A DNA stretch of 64,000 bases from an uncultured bacterium (GCA_963768625.1 CAVYIK010000003.1:326715-390714), one strand, 5' to 3'; positions 9,612-19,619 are shown, counted from the stretch's first letter. Notes: generated by a model not told the origin, from the letters alone. Program-made: numbers and translations.

Positions 9612-10343
9612 CTACCCCGCTAGCTCCGCAAAAACCACCAGACGATGATCGTATGTGGAATGGTCGGCGGTCAACTGTCCGCTGCAGGTGATGAGATTAA
9701 GACGGGCCTCATCCGACCGATTGAAGATCTTTGCGAGTGACGCAGCGTCAGTATAGGGATACACCTCAATTTCAGAAACCACGAAATGCAGCTCCGAGCC
9801 GTCTTCGCGTTCTATATAGATACTGTCTCCCAGCTTCACGTTTTTCAGCTTGGCGAATGATTGGAAAACATGGGCGCCAATGACCGCGCTCCCCGTGGCG
9901 CCCGGCACTGTCCCGTCTTTATACCAGCTTACTTCTCTCGGATCGTTCAATACTCCCATATTCCCCGTAGGCGTGAGGCCAACCGGGCCAACCGCAACAT
10001 TGAGGTCGATTGAGGGGACGATCAGGCGCTCAGGCGAATGGGGCGGCCGGGCGGCAACCGTCGTAACGGTAGTTGTAGCAATGCTTGTAAGTAGAGTTGA
10101 GGTCGGGGTCGTGATGGCGGCCACCGTTACCGGAACCGGCGCTGGCGCTGGAGCCGCCTCCGCGGCAAGCGGCTGGATGGCCGCTACGACCGGCGGGGGT
10201 GCGGCGGGCGTCACTTTTGCGTATGCTGCATGTGCCGTATTCAACTCCTCATCGATCTTTTGGGAGATTGCGCGGATGGAGGACGCAAAAGGAGCGAGCG
10301 AGAGGGCAAGGAGAATGATGATAAATGATTTCTTGGGTTTCAT
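9612..10343 (-). CDS. sortase family transpeptidase (membrane anchored)
   Basis: N-terminal TM, Ala/Pro/Thr-rich linker, catalytic region with GAHV..., LITCSG (TLxTC-type Cys) and RLVVFA. Confidence 0.75.
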   Translation of the reverse strand: MKPKKSFIIILLALSLAPFASSIRAISQKIDEELNTAHAAYAKVTPAAPPPVVAAIQPLAAEAAPAPAPVPVTVAAITTPTSTLLTSIATTTVTTVAARPPHSPERLIVPSIDLNVAVGPVGLTPTGNMGVLNDPREVSWYKDGTVPGATGSAVIGAHVFQSFAKLKNVKLGDSIYIEREDGSELHFVVSEIEVYPYTDAASLAKIFNRSDEARLNLITCSGQLTADHSTYDHRLVVFAELAG

Positions 10344-10411
10344 TGGGGATGATGCGCGAAAGGCCCTTGGTAAAGGGCCTCTGTATCATACTCCCAATCT
10401 GCCTTCCGTGT

Positions 10412-10924
10412 TTATGCGGAACCGTAGAGCAACTTGAGTTTCTCGAGCCCCCGATGCGCTTGCACAGCAAGAGCATTCTTTGATTGTCCGGTGATAAGGG
10501 ACATTTCTTTGAGCGACAGGTCTTGCACGTATCGCATGCGCATCACCTTTTGGTACACGGCGGGAAGGCGTTGAATCAGAAGAAGCGCTGCCTTTCCATC
10601 CAGCTTGTCGAAGAGGCTGCCGTAATGCCCGGCGCTCGGTTCAAAACCTTTTTCAAGAAGGACATCAAGCGAAGTCGCTTTGCGTTTTCGATATTCATCC
10701 ACGACAAGATTGTTGAGGATGTGATAGAGAAAAGCCTTCATCAAGTCGATCTTTCCGCCCTTAACAAGGTAAACCCATGTTTTCATGAAAGTATCCTGCA
10801 CGAGACCTTCCCCAACCGCGTGGTCGTTTGTCTTGAAAAATGCGTAAGTATTAAGCCCCTTTTCGTAGTCGTGGTGCGCTACGGTCAATGCTGCCTGCCG
10901 TTGTGTTTCCTGCTTTGGGGTCAC
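10412..10924 (-). CDS. RNA polymerase sigma-70 family (ECF-type) factor
   Basis: Region 2 (FLYHILNNLVVDEYRKRK) and a region 4 HTH (LSLKEMSLITGQSKNALAVQAHRGLEKLK). Lies directly upstream of the sortase. Confidence 0.75.
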   Translation of the reverse strand: MTPKQETQRQAALTVAHHDYEKGLNTYAFFKTNDHAVGEGLVQDTFMKTWVYLVKGGKIDLMKAFLYHILNNLVVDEYRKRKATSLDVLLEKGFEPSAGHYGSLFDKLDGKAALLLIQRLPAVYQKVMRMRYVQDLSLKEMSLITGQSKNALAVQAHRGLEKLKLLYGSA

Positions 10925-11113
10925 TAGATAAGTTATGCCGTCCGCGGCAACATTCTATTACATGAGTATTACCATGATGCCGTAATAATGATGTAACCGC
11001 GCCGGATGCGGCGATGTTTCATTACGCCGATATTACCCTGAAATTCAAATATACCACCTTATGCGTCCTATAGCGAACCGTAATGATTCAAGCGGCCAAG
11101 CGGCTCCACTTGT

Positions 11114-11734
11114 ATGGAAACAACCAGTGAAAAAGGAGTGGGGCAAGCCCTTGAGGCCGTTGGGACAGATTTCTTCAATCGCCTATGGGAAGAAAGCTGG
11201 ATATACATCAAGACCGTAGTGGATGTCGTGCGGGAGCCGATTTTGATCCTCGATAAAGACCTTCGCGTGATGGCGGCGAATGAAGCTTTCTATCGGACGT
11301 TCCAGGTTGAGCCAAAAGATACGGAGAGCAAGGTGGTGTATAAGCTCGGCGATGGCCAATGGGATATCCCCTCACTGCGGAAACTGCTTGAAGATATCCT
11401 TCCTAAAAATACGTTCTTCAAAGGCTTTGAGGTAACTCATGAATTCCCTACCATCGGGCGCAGGGTAATGATCTTAAATGCCCGCCAAATCTATTCCAGA
11501 TTTGTTAAAGAGGATACCGCGGGGGAACTATTTCCGCCCATCATACTGCTCGCCATGGAAGACGTCACGGAGATAATGGCGGTCGCCGAGACGCTCGCGA
11601 GTCATACGAACCGATCGGAAGCCAAATTCGCGGAACAAACGCAGAAATTGGAGGTGCATATCGGCGCATTAGAGAAAAAGATCAACGAGCTCAATAGCGA
11701 GGTCGGCTATTTGATACATCACCAAGCGAAATGA
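11114..11734 (+). CDS. stand-alone PAS-domain protein with C-terminal coiled coil
   Basis: PAS-like core (ILILDKDLRVMAANEAFYRTF...GRRVMILNARQI). Sits in a visibly AT-richer island. Confidence 0.55.
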   Translation: METTSEKGVGQALEAVGTDFFNRLWEESWIYIKTVVDVVREPILILDKDLRVMAANEAFYRTFQVEPKDTESKVVYKLGDGQWDIPSLRKLLEDILPKNTFFKGFEVTHEFPTIGRRVMILNARQIYSRFVKEDTAGELFPPIILLAMEDVTEIMAVAETLASHTNRSEAKFAEQTQKLEVHIGALEKKINELNSEVGYLIHHQAK

Positions 11735-11788
11735 TCAGAATCAAGATCACACTGTTGGAATTCATACAAAGCATCCTCCACCGCGTTA

Positions 11789-12482
11789 TTAGTATCCTCC
11801 CGGAATAGCTTCGGTAAACACTACGATCCTGTCGTTATAAAGCTTTTGGCTCTTGAGCCAATCCCCTGCGCATGTGATCAGATTAAGGCGCGCCTTCGAG
11901 GCGTCGCCGGAGAAAATATCGCTCGTCGTTGTGGCGTTATAGCTATAGATCTTGCTGCCTACCACCCGGAACTGCCACGTCTGCCCCCGTGCATCCACCA
12001 CTTCTACGAGATCGCCCGGTTTTAGATCGCCGAGCTTATAGAAAACAGCTTCTTTGACATATCTTCCGTCCAGATGACCGTCGATCACAGCGCTACCGGG
12101 CATGCCCGGAAGCGGTCCGCCGTTATACCAGGCCACGTCTGTGAAATTCGTGGGGATGCCCATGCTGCCATCACCTCTCCAAAAGAGCCCCACACTCTGG
12201 ATGTTCGCATCTACGCTGATCGCGGGGATGATAAGCCGGGCCGGCTGGCTGGGCATTGCAAAAGAAGATCCAAGGCCCACTGCCGCGGGCGCCACCGCTA
12301 TGGGCGTCACCGCTGCGGGCTTTGGATCTTCTGCGGAGAACCCCCGGAACTCCCTGGGTCTCGCCCCGCACCTGAAGAAAGACCGAAAGGCCTGCTGCGA
12401 GCAGGCCTACGCCAAGGGACAAGAGGATCGCCGATTTCCAGGAAAATACTTTTGTAGAATTGTTGGTGGCCATCTTGTTCAA
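11789..12482 (-). CDS. sortase family transpeptidase, one frameshift between TM anchor and catalytic domain
   Basis: TM N-terminus in ORF 12171..12482 and catalytic part in ORF 11789..12310 (VIDGHLD, LITCAG, RIVVFTE). The frame change maps to about 12310-12370. Confidence 0.7.
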
Positions 12483-12507
12483 AGGCGCTGGGCCTGCTTG
12501 CTCGCTT

Positions 12508-13131
12508 CTATTGGCCGAAACCGCCGCCAGTGTTCGGCAATCCCGGAGTGACAGGGACCGTGACGACGGCGTTCGAAAGAACGTTTATCGCACAGGTCGT
12601 GACAAGGCCTCCGCTCATAACCGTCAAGGTCTTAAGGCCGATTGACGAGTAGTTCGCACTGAAGCCAGTGCCGTTCGGGTTCGCAATGGTAAGGTCCGGT
12701 GACGACCAGACGTACGCGCCATTACCTCCCGTAGCCGAAAGAGTAGCAGTCTGTCCCAATACGACATTCTGCGTCGCCGGATAACAGGCAAGGGCGTTCG
12801 TGGAAACCGCTCCCACGACGTTCACGTTGCATGTTGCCGCCTGCCCTGCGCTCGTTACCGTTATCGCGTAGACGCCGACGTTCGGATAACTGACCGCGAA
12901 CTGGGTGCCGCCCGAGTTCGTAACATTGAGGTTCGAACCGGACCAGAAATAGGTCCCAGTGCCGCCTAATGCGGTCAAGATCGCCGCCTGATTTACGTTC
13001 ACGGAAGACACGTTCACGCTACAGCTCAAGGGAGTGACCGTCTGCGCGAAACTCAATGCGCCGAGGCTCATCCCCGTAACCGTAAGAACGGTTACTAAAG
13101 ACAAGAGCAAATACTTTTGATTCGTTTTCAT
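12508..13131 (-). CDS. secreted two-repeat protein ending in an LPNTG sortase motif
   Basis: Signal peptide, two about 85-aa Cys-bracketed repeats, C-terminus ...PGLPNTGGGFGQ-stop. The sortase gene lies immediately downstream. Confidence 0.65.
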   Translation of the reverse strand: MKTNQKYLLLSLVTVLTVTGMSLGALSFAQTVTPLSCSVNVSSVNVNQAAILTALGGTGTYFWSGSNLNVTNSGGTQFAVSYPNVGVYAITVTSAGQAATCNVNVVGAVSTNALACYPATQNVVLGQTATLSATGGNGAYVWSSPDLTIANPNGTGFSANYSSIGLKTLTVMSGGLVTTCAINVLSNAVVTVPVTPGLPNTGGGFGQ

Positions 13132-13205
13132 TAGTGTGATTATTGATGTAGATAATCCGACCTTTACCCTACGACAATGAAGCCGTTACGGGCCTTCGGG
13201 CGTTA

Positions 13206-13281
13206 CAGCCAGCCAGAGGAAGTGGCTTTGGAGAGAGTACTCGGAAGGGCTCTCTCCAAAGCCACTTCCTCTGGCTGGCTG
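13206..13281. repeat. long perfect hairpin H2 (32-bp stem, 12-nt loop tactcggaaggg)
   Basis: 13206..13237 is the exact reverse complement of 13250..13281. The apex AGAGTACTnnGAAGGGCTCT is shared with H1. Confidence 0.9.
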
Positions 13282-13520
13282 GTCGACGCGATGATGCGTG
13301 CACACTGCACGTCTTTTTTTATTTGACAATCCTGCATCGCTCTATTACAAAGAAGACAGCTCGTTGGGAAACGATCAACGAGAGAAGGGTTGCAACGATG
13401 GAAGCGATCAAGAAAAAGGTCTCGCTCGACATGTGGGCGCTGATCTTCGCAGCAAGCATCATACTTCTTGTCCTCGCGAACACGAAGATCCCATGGTGAA
13501 GGACTTTCAAGGAGGAAGGC

Positions 13521-14573
13521 GTGAAAAAGAATCTGTACGCCGCACTTAGGCTTGTGCCGGGAGTCCTGCTGCTTTTCGCCGTAGGATACGCCGGTAAGTT
13601 CCTGGAAAGAGCGGTGAACGGCTATACCAAGGGCCATCACATTACGTTCCCGAACATCGAGTACGTCCTCTGGGCGATCGTGATCGGCCTTATTGTAAGA
13701 AACACTGTTGGCCTCAACCGCTTCTTCGACCCCGGAGTACTGACCTACGAATTTTTCCTTAAGGTCGGGATCGTCCTTCTTGGCGCGCGTTTCCTTCTCG
13801 GCGACGTGCTCCGGCTGGGCGGGTTGAGCCTTGCGCTTGTCGTGATAGAGATCGCCGCGTCATTGCTTCTTATGACATGGCTCGGTCGGCTGTTCGGCCT
13901 CAAACCGAAGCTCACTAGTTTACTTGCGGTGGGCTCCGGGATCTGCGGCGTTTCGGCAATCATTGCGACACAAGGAGCAATCGACGCAGACGAAGAAGAT
14001 TCCTCGTATGCGATCGCGGCTATTCTTTCACTCGGGGCGTTGGCGCTTTTTACCTTTCCGGTGATCGGACACTTCCTGCATCTTGGAGGTAAAGCGTTCG
14101 GCCTCTGGGCGGGGCTTGGCGTTGATAACACCGCCGAAGCAGTGGCGACCGGCATGATCTACTCTGACGCAGCGGGTAAGGTAGCGACACTCGCAAAGAC
14201 CTGCCGCAATGCCATGATCGGCTTCGTTGTTCTCGGCTATGCCATCTACTGGGCAAAGCAAGGGATGGCGAAACAGATCAAGAACAAGAGCGCGTTCTTG
14301 TGGGAAAAATTTCCCAAGTTCGTGCTCGGATTCCTCGTGGTCTCGGCGCTCGCGAGCGCGCATGCGTTCGACAAGGCGCAACTCATAAGCTTGGCGAATG
14401 CTTCCCGCTGGGCATTCCTTCTCACCTTTGCCGGCGTCGGGCTCCGCACCGACTTCCGGGAAATGCGCAAGCAAGGCCTGCGGCCGTTCTTGGTCGGCGC
14501 TCTCGGAGAGGTCGGCATCGCTTTGATCACACTCGGCCTCGTTCTCGCGGCAAACCACTTCTTTGTTCTATAG
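13521..14573 (+). CDS. YeiH/UPF0324 family integral membrane protein (putative sulfate exporter family)
   Basis: Intact 350-aa polytopic ORF with the family-typical length and topology. Confidence 0.7.
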   Translation: MKKNLYAALRLVPGVLLLFAVGYAGKFLERAVNGYTKGHHITFPNIEYVLWAIVIGLIVRNTVGLNRFFDPGVLTYEFFLKVGIVLLGARFLLGDVLRLGGLSLALVVIEIAASLLLMTWLGRLFGLKPKLTSLLAVGSGICGVSAIIATQGAIDADEEDSSYAIAAILSLGALALFTFPVIGHFLHLGGKAFGLWAGLGVDNTAEAVATGMIYSDAAGKVATLAKTCRNAMIGFVVLGYAIYWAKQGMAKQIKNKSAFLWEKFPKFVLGFLVVSALASAHAFDKAQLISLANASRWAFLLTFAGVGLRTDFREMRKQGLRPFLVGALGEVGIALITLGLVLAANHFFVL

Positions 14574-14597
14574 CGTGGTGGTTTTTCGGAAATGCAG

Positions 14598-14630
14598 TAA
14601 GCCCCATTTTCCATCGGGGCTTATTTTTTT
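14598..14630 (+). terminator. rho-independent terminator after the yeiH-like gene
   Basis: Stem taagcccc/ggggctta followed by a T7 tract. Confidence 0.7.
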
Positions 14631-14666
14631 CTCTTTTTGAGGATTTGCTATCATTAAATAACGTAC

Positions 14667-15713
14667 ATGGAGAAGGTCTTCCTCTGGCTTCTCGTCTTTA
14701 TCCCGATCGCCGCGCTCGCGAACTTTTTCCACGCATCCGCGACGGCAGTGTTTTTTCTTTCCGCGCTCGCCATCATCCCACTCGCAAAATATATTGGGCA
14801 GGCAACCGAGGAGCTGGCCGCAAAAACCTCGGCGGCATTAGGCGGCTTCCTTAATGTCACGTTCGGCAACGCCACGGAGCTCATCATTGGGATCTTCGCC
14901 CTGCACGCCGGCCTTATCACGGTGGTCAAGGCCTCCGTCACCGGTTCTATCATCGGGAACCTGCTCCTCGTGCTCGGAACCGCCATGGCGGCGGGCGGGG
15001 CGATCCACAAAAAGCAGACGTTCAACCGCACGGGAGCCCTCGCGGGCGGATCCACGCTCTTTCTCGCGGTCACTGCGCTCATCATTCCCGCGATCCTTCC
15101 CATCGCGGCTCCCGCGACGAGCGGCGCAGCCATTGAGCGATTAAGCGTGCTCGTCGCGATTTGCATGATCATCCTTTACATCGGAAATCTTTTTTTCTCC
15201 CTGTTCACGCATAAACATCTTTATGCGGGCGAGGTAGGGAAGATCGAAAATGGCTGGAGCTTGGCCAAGGGCGTATGGGTTCTTCTCGGAGCGACCATCG
15301 CCGTCGCTTGGATGAGCGATGTGCTTGTGGGAACGATCGATGTTATGGCACGGAATTTGGGATGGACCGACCTTTTCATCGGCGTCGTGATCGTGGCGAT
15401 CGTCGGCAACGCCGCAGAGCATGCCTCCGCGGTCGTGATGGCCATGAAGAACAAGATGGATCTCTCACTGCAAGTGGCCATCGGCTCGGCGACGCAGATG
15501 GCCATGTTCGTCGCGCCGATGTTCGTTTTCATAAGCCTTCTTTTCCAGAACCAGATGACGCTCATTTTCGATACATTCGAGCTCGTGAGCATATTCCTCG
15601 CCGTGATCATCGTGAACATCGTCGTTGAAGACGGCGAGAGCAATTGGCTTGAGGGCGCGCAGCTCCTCGTCGCCTATGCGATCATGGCGATAGCGTTCTT
15701 TATTCATCCATAA
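14667..15713 (+). CDS. Ca2+/H+ antiporter (CaCA family)
   Basis: Two alpha-repeat signatures, GNATELIIGIFAL and GNAAEHASAVVMA, in an 11-TM-type ORF. Confidence 0.8.
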   Translation: MEKVFLWLLVFIPIAALANFFHASATAVFFLSALAIIPLAKYIGQATEELAAKTSAALGGFLNVTFGNATELIIGIFALHAGLITVVKASVTGSIIGNLLLVLGTAMAAGGAIHKKQTFNRTGALAGGSTLFLAVTALIIPAILPIAAPATSGAAIERLSVLVAICMIILYIGNLFFSLFTHKHLYAGEVGKIENGWSLAKGVWVLLGATIAVAWMSDVLVGTIDVMARNLGWTDLFIGVVIVAIVGNAAEHASAVVMAMKNKMDLSLQVAIGSATQMAMFVAPMFVFISLLFQNQMTLIFDTFELVSIFLAVIIVNIVVEDGESNWLEGAQLLVAYAIMAIAFFIHP

Positions 15714-15722
15714 GCTGGTAAA

Positions 15723-17255
15723 ATGAAGTTAATGGCCAAGCTATTTTCCGGCTTTGCGCTCGTCGCCGCATTTGCATTTCTCTTCACGGCCGGCGGCATG
15801 CACGCGCAGTCCACCGACACGACGCCTCCAAGCATGCCGGGAACACCCTCGGCATCGATCAATCAGTACCGCGAAGTGCAGCTCTCATGGGGCGCTTCTA
15901 CGGACGATGTCGGTGTCGTCGGCTACTATGTCTATCGGAACGGCGGCTCGGTAGGAAGTGCGCCGAACACGAGTTTTGTCGATATGGTCCCGCCCGGCGT
16001 GTATTCCTATACGGTTGCGGCCTATGACGCAGCAGGGAACGTCTCGCAACAATCGGCCGCTTCCAATCCTATTTCCCTCGTCCTTGATACGACGCAGCCC
16101 ACGGCGCCCACGAATCTCGTCGCGACCTCGGCTACCTCAAGCGTCTCGCTTTCCTGGACCGCCGCGATGGACAACGTCGGCGTCGTCGGCTATTACCTCA
16201 CGCGGAACGGCGTCCAGATCGTTCTTTCAAGTTCAAGCGCATATGCGGCGACGACCTATACCGACATGGGCCTCGCGCCCGGCACGACGTATACCTATAG
16301 CTTGGTCGCGTACGACGCGGCCGGAAACGTGTCCAATCATTCGAATTCCGTAACGGTGGTCACGGTGAACGACACGACTCCCCCTTCGGTCCCGCTGGTC
16401 TTCACCCCAACCGTAAGATCCCAGAGTGAGATCGACTTCGCCTGGACCCAATCGACCGACAACGTCGGCGTCGTCGGCTATTACCTTTATCGCGACGGAA
16501 GCCAGATAACGAGTGTTTCTTCGAGCCTCTTGCAATATGCCGACACGGGCCTCTCGCCCGGTGCCACGCATTTCTATACGGTCGCGGCATATGACGCCGC
16601 GCAAAACATATCCGCGCAAAGCATCCCGGTCATCGCGACGACCTTTGTCGCCGATACGATCCCGCCGACCCAGCCGAACTATTTCGTAGCGACGGTCGTC
16701 TCGGCCTCCGAGATCGACCTCCGATGGCAGGCCTCGGCGGACAATATCGGCGTCACGGGATACGACCTCTACCAGAACGGCAACCAGATCGCGAACACAT
16801 CCTCGACCTTTTTTGCGAACACCGGCCTCGCGTCGGGCACGGCGTACACCTACACGGTGAACGCCTATGATGCGGCAGGGAATGTGTCCACGCAGGCAAC
16901 CGTAAGCGCCACGACGTGGGCGACGAACCCTGCGGCGCCCGCCGCGACAACGCCCGCGGGATCCGGCGGCGCGGGCGCCGCTTCCCCCTCAGGAGCATCA
17001 TCCGCCCTGGTCGTTTTCACGACAACGCTTTCATATGGAGCACGTAACAGCATGGTCACCGCGCTCCAAGGATTTTTGATACGGAAAGGATATCTCGGGC
17101 CGAGCTATGCAACCGGGTTTTACGGCGCGCTGACCCAGAAGGCAGTGCAGTCATTCCAATGCGACCAAGCGATCGTCTGCGCGGGAACCACGGGGACGAC
17201 GGGGTGGGGCACGCTCGGGCCGAAAACGCGCAAGACCCTGAACGCGCTTTTTTGA
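15723..17255 (+). CDS. secreted protein with four FN3-like repeats and a C-terminal peptidoglycan-binding domain
   Basis: Signal peptide. Four repeats of the unit DTTPP...W..S.DNVGVVGYY.YRNG...Y.V.AYDAAGNVS. C-terminal LQGFLIRKGYL...GFYGALTQKAVQSFQ (PG_binding_1-like). Confidence 0.7.
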   Translation: MKLMAKLFSGFALVAAFAFLFTAGGMHAQSTDTTPPSMPGTPSASINQYREVQLSWGASTDDVGVVGYYVYRNGGSVGSAPNTSFVDMVPPGVYSYTVAAYDAAGNVSQQSAASNPISLVLDTTQPTAPTNLVATSATSSVSLSWTAAMDNVGVVGYYLTRNGVQIVLSSSSAYAATTYTDMGLAPGTTYTYSLVAYDAAGNVSNHSNSVTVVTVNDTTPPSVPLVFTPTVRSQSEIDFAWTQSTDNVGVVGYYLYRDGSQITSVSSSLLQYADTGLSPGATHFYTVAAYDAAQNISAQSIPVIATTFVADTIPPTQPNYFVATVVSASEIDLRWQASADNIGVTGYDLYQNGNQIANTSSTFFANTGLASGTAYTYTVNAYDAAGNVSTQATVSATTWATNPAAPAATTPAGSGGAGAASPSGASSALVVFTTTLSYGARNSMVTALQGFLIRKGYLGPSYATGFYGALTQKAVQSFQCDQAIVCAGTTGTTGWGTLGPKTRKTLNALF

Positions 17256-17292
17256 CCATAGGGTCATAAGGAGGTATAATGAAACTAATAGC

Positions 17293-17319
17293 AAAATGCC
17301 CTTAATGAGAGGGCATTTT
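17293..17319 (+). terminator. hairpin terminator after the FN3 protein gene
   Basis: aaaatgccct / agggcatttt, a 10-bp stem with a 7-nt loop. Confidence 0.55.
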
Positions 17320-17366
17320 GCTTGAAAAAGGCCCTCGTAACCATATCCACTCTTTATACGTTTCCT

Positions 17367-17909
17367 ATGTTAGACGGCGAGAAAACGCTAATAGATCAGG
17401 CCGTTCAGGGTAAATCCTCGGCGTTCGGCCCCTTGTACGATCACTATCAACCGATGATATATCGGTTTGCGTTCGTAAAGGTGGGACGGCGTGAGGACGC
17501 CGAGGATATTACCCATCAGGTCTTCCTCGCGGCATGGCAGAACATCCGGAGCTACAAGCATCGCGGGCATCCGTTCTCCAGTTGGCTCTATGAGATCGCG
17601 CGCAACCAGGTCGTTGACCACTACCGCGCGAAAAAGAACGAGGCCAGTCTGGACAAAATAGATCCCGAATACTTCATTGCTCCCGCAAGCGCCCAGTTCG
17701 ATCTTTCAGTGAAGCTGGATATCGAAAAGGTGCGCACCGCTATCGCGAAGCTCAAACCTGAATATCAGGACGTTATCATCCTGCGGTTCATAGAAGATCT
17801 TCCTCTCGGCGAAGTGGCAAGTGTGCTTGCGAAGACCGAGGGAGCAGTAAAACTTATGCAGCATCGGGCCGTCAAAGAACTGCGGCAATTGGTAGGAGAA
17901 AGAGAATAA
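17367..17909 (+). CDS. RNA polymerase sigma-70 family (ECF-type) factor
   Basis: Region 2 (DAEDITHQVFLAAWQNIRSY, WLYEIARNQVVDHYR) and a region 4 HTH (LPLGEVASVLAKTEGAVKLMQHRAVKELR). Confidence 0.75.
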   Translation: MLDGEKTLIDQAVQGKSSAFGPLYDHYQPMIYRFAFVKVGRREDAEDITHQVFLAAWQNIRSYKHRGHPFSSWLYEIARNQVVDHYRAKKNEASLDKIDPEYFIAPASAQFDLSVKLDIEKVRTAIAKLKPEYQDVIILRFIEDLPLGEVASVLAKTEGAVKLMQHRAVKELRQLVGERE

Positions 17910-17914
17910 ATGCA

Positions 17915-18391
17915 ATGAACCTTTTAGAAACCCTTAAGCAATTAAAGAAGATACAACCGGATCCCGCGTTCACGGAAAACGCCAAGCGGGCGATTTTGGC
18001 GCGCGAACCCCTGTCCCCCATGGGCCACGGATGGAGCGCGCAGCGGACCATTTGGAAGATAATCGAAACGGGCGCGGCGGTTGCCCTGACCGGATTTTTC
18101 ATACTGCTCATCACGGGCGCTTTGTCGGGCTCAAGCATCGCGCCGGTGCAATACTCGGCCATTGATCCGCAAAGCCTGCGGGCGGAAGCGCAGGCCATTG
18201 ATATGCAGATCCAGCTTGCGAATTTGAACTATGGTGAGCTCACGGCAGAGTCTACGGCAAAGACGGCGGGAGCGAAGCAGGGCACAGCAGTGAAGGCTGC
18301 TGCCCCTGCAGTCTCCGCGGCGGGAACTGCCTCAACGACCGCCACGACCACGGTGAGCATTGACCAAGCGCTCCAAAGTTTGGCAAACTAA
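17915..18391 (+). CDS. putative anti-sigma / single-pass membrane protein
   Basis: Follows the sigma gene by 5 nt and has one TM helix. Function is inferred from position only. Confidence 0.4.
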   Translation: MNLLETLKQLKKIQPDPAFTENAKRAILAREPLSPMGHGWSAQRTIWKIIETGAAVALTGFFILLITGALSGSSIAPVQYSAIDPQSLRAEAQAIDMQIQLANLNYGELTAESTAKTAGAKQGTAVKAAAPAVSAAGTASTTATTTVSIDQALQSLAN

Positions 18392-18398
18392 TTCCATA

Positions 18399-19175
18399 AT
18401 GAACCAGAAGCGCGTAGCGTTTATCGCGTTTTTCATTGCGTTCCCGATCGTCGCGGGCGTATTTCCCATAAAAGCGGCTTCCACGGCCCGCGCTGCCGGA
18501 GACTGCCCCATCATGGCCGCCGACGTTGGCGCCGTGACGGCTGCGGCGGCCCAGGGGCTCACTGCAGAGCTTGCCGCAAGGAAAGCGCTCCTTGTGCGGA
18601 CGATCTCCTGCGCGCAGGCGGACGCACGAACACTCCAGACGAACCTGAACGCCCTCACGGTGAGCGGCGATGCGAAAACCATACAGGTGCATCTTTCGGG
18701 ACAGCTTGACGATGCGATGACCTTTTATAATATCGAACTCGGGAAGGTAGACGGTACGGGCATCGCGGGAACCCAGGCAGTCGCGCGGGAAGTGCTTGCC
18801 TGGCGCGACGCGAATTACACTCCGCTCGCCGCTTCGGTCGCAAACCTCACGCTCTGGGCGCAGAACCAAAATCTTTTCATGATCGCTGACGGCCGTCTGA
18901 GCAAAGTGAAGGGCGTGGGCTCTTTCATTGAGCAGGCGGCGCCGAACACCGACCTTGAAAGCGACCTCGCGGCTGCGGAGACGCTTATGCAGAGCGCGGA
19001 CGACGAGAACCACGCCGCCCTTAATGCCATGCTCCAATCCCTGCCGCCCGACCAGACGCTCTCGCTCATCCAGCAGTCGCTCCAGTCGCTCTCATCCGCC
19101 TACCAGAAATTCTTCGACCTGAGCACCGTTATCCAAACACTGCTTTCCGCAACCCCGGCGCAGCAAGGGAAATAG
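18399..19175 (+). CDS. hypothetical secreted helical protein
   Basis: Signal/TM N-terminus MNQKRVAFIAFFIAFPIVAG. Third gene of the sigma module. Confidence 0.45.
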   Translation: MNQKRVAFIAFFIAFPIVAGVFPIKAASTARAAGDCPIMAADVGAVTAAAAQGLTAELAARKALLVRTISCAQADARTLQTNLNALTVSGDAKTIQVHLSGQLDDAMTFYNIELGKVDGTGIAGTQAVAREVLAWRDANYTPLAASVANLTLWAQNQNLFMIADGRLSKVKGVGSFIEQAAPNTDLESDLAAAETLMQSADDENHAALNAMLQSLPPDQTLSLIQQSLQSLSSAYQKFFDLSTVIQTLLSATPAQQGK

Positions 19176-19190
19176 CGCGGGCAGAGGCGA

Positions 19191-19229
19191 CAACAAAAAG
19201 ACCCCGTCCATACGGGGCCTTTCTTTTGC
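19191..19229. terminator. bidirectional terminator between the sigma module and hup
   Basis: Stem ccccgt/acgggg flanked by an A-tract on the 5' side and a T-tract on the 3' side. Confidence 0.65.
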
Positions 19230-19258
19230 GCTTGGGACAAAGGATCCCTTGTCAGTTC

Positions 19259-19534
19259 CTACAATACTGCTTCCTTGAGCAGCTTCCCGGCGCGGAACTT
19301 CGGCTTCGTCGAGGCCTTGATCTGGATCTTCTCGCCCGTCTTCGGGTTCCGGCCTTCGCGCGCCGCCCGCTTTGCAACGCGGAACGTGCCGAATCCTGCG
19401 ATCGCCACTTCTTCGCCGTGGCTCATTGTCTTCACGATCGTGTCAAAGAGGGCATCTACCACCCGCTCGGCAGCCACCTTTGTTTCGATCTCCGCGGCCT
19501 TCATGACCGCCTCCACCAATCCTTTTTTATTCAT
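19259..19534 (-). CDS. hup: HU family DNA-binding protein
   Basis: 91 aa. GFGTFRVAKRAAREGRNPKTGEKIQI is the canonical HU arm. Confidence 0.9.
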   Translation of the reverse strand: MNKKGLVEAVMKAAEIETKVAAERVVDALFDTIVKTMSHGEEVAIAGFGTFRVAKRAAREGRNPKTGEKIQIKASTKPKFRAGKLLKEAVL

Positions 19535-19619
19535 TGATGATTATTATTGTTTCCCGACCTTTGATATGTTCCCTATAAGTATAGCAAATACAAGGGAAGA
19601 GAGGCAAAGGGGGTCGGGG

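Noticed and set aside
9582-9640. Possible minus-strand tRNA gene (contains ttcgatt and ends in cgcgcca).
   Set aside because: No T stem, anticodon arm or acceptor pairing can be formed. It is treated as a degenerate tRNA-3'-like fragment only.
13319-13510. 63-aa hydrophobic minus-strand ORF between H2 and the yeiH-like gene, a possible small membrane peptide or type I toxin.
   Set aside because: No RBS or homolog is recognisable, and it overlaps a plus-strand ORF of similar size. There is not enough evidence to call it, though it could matter for interpreting H2.
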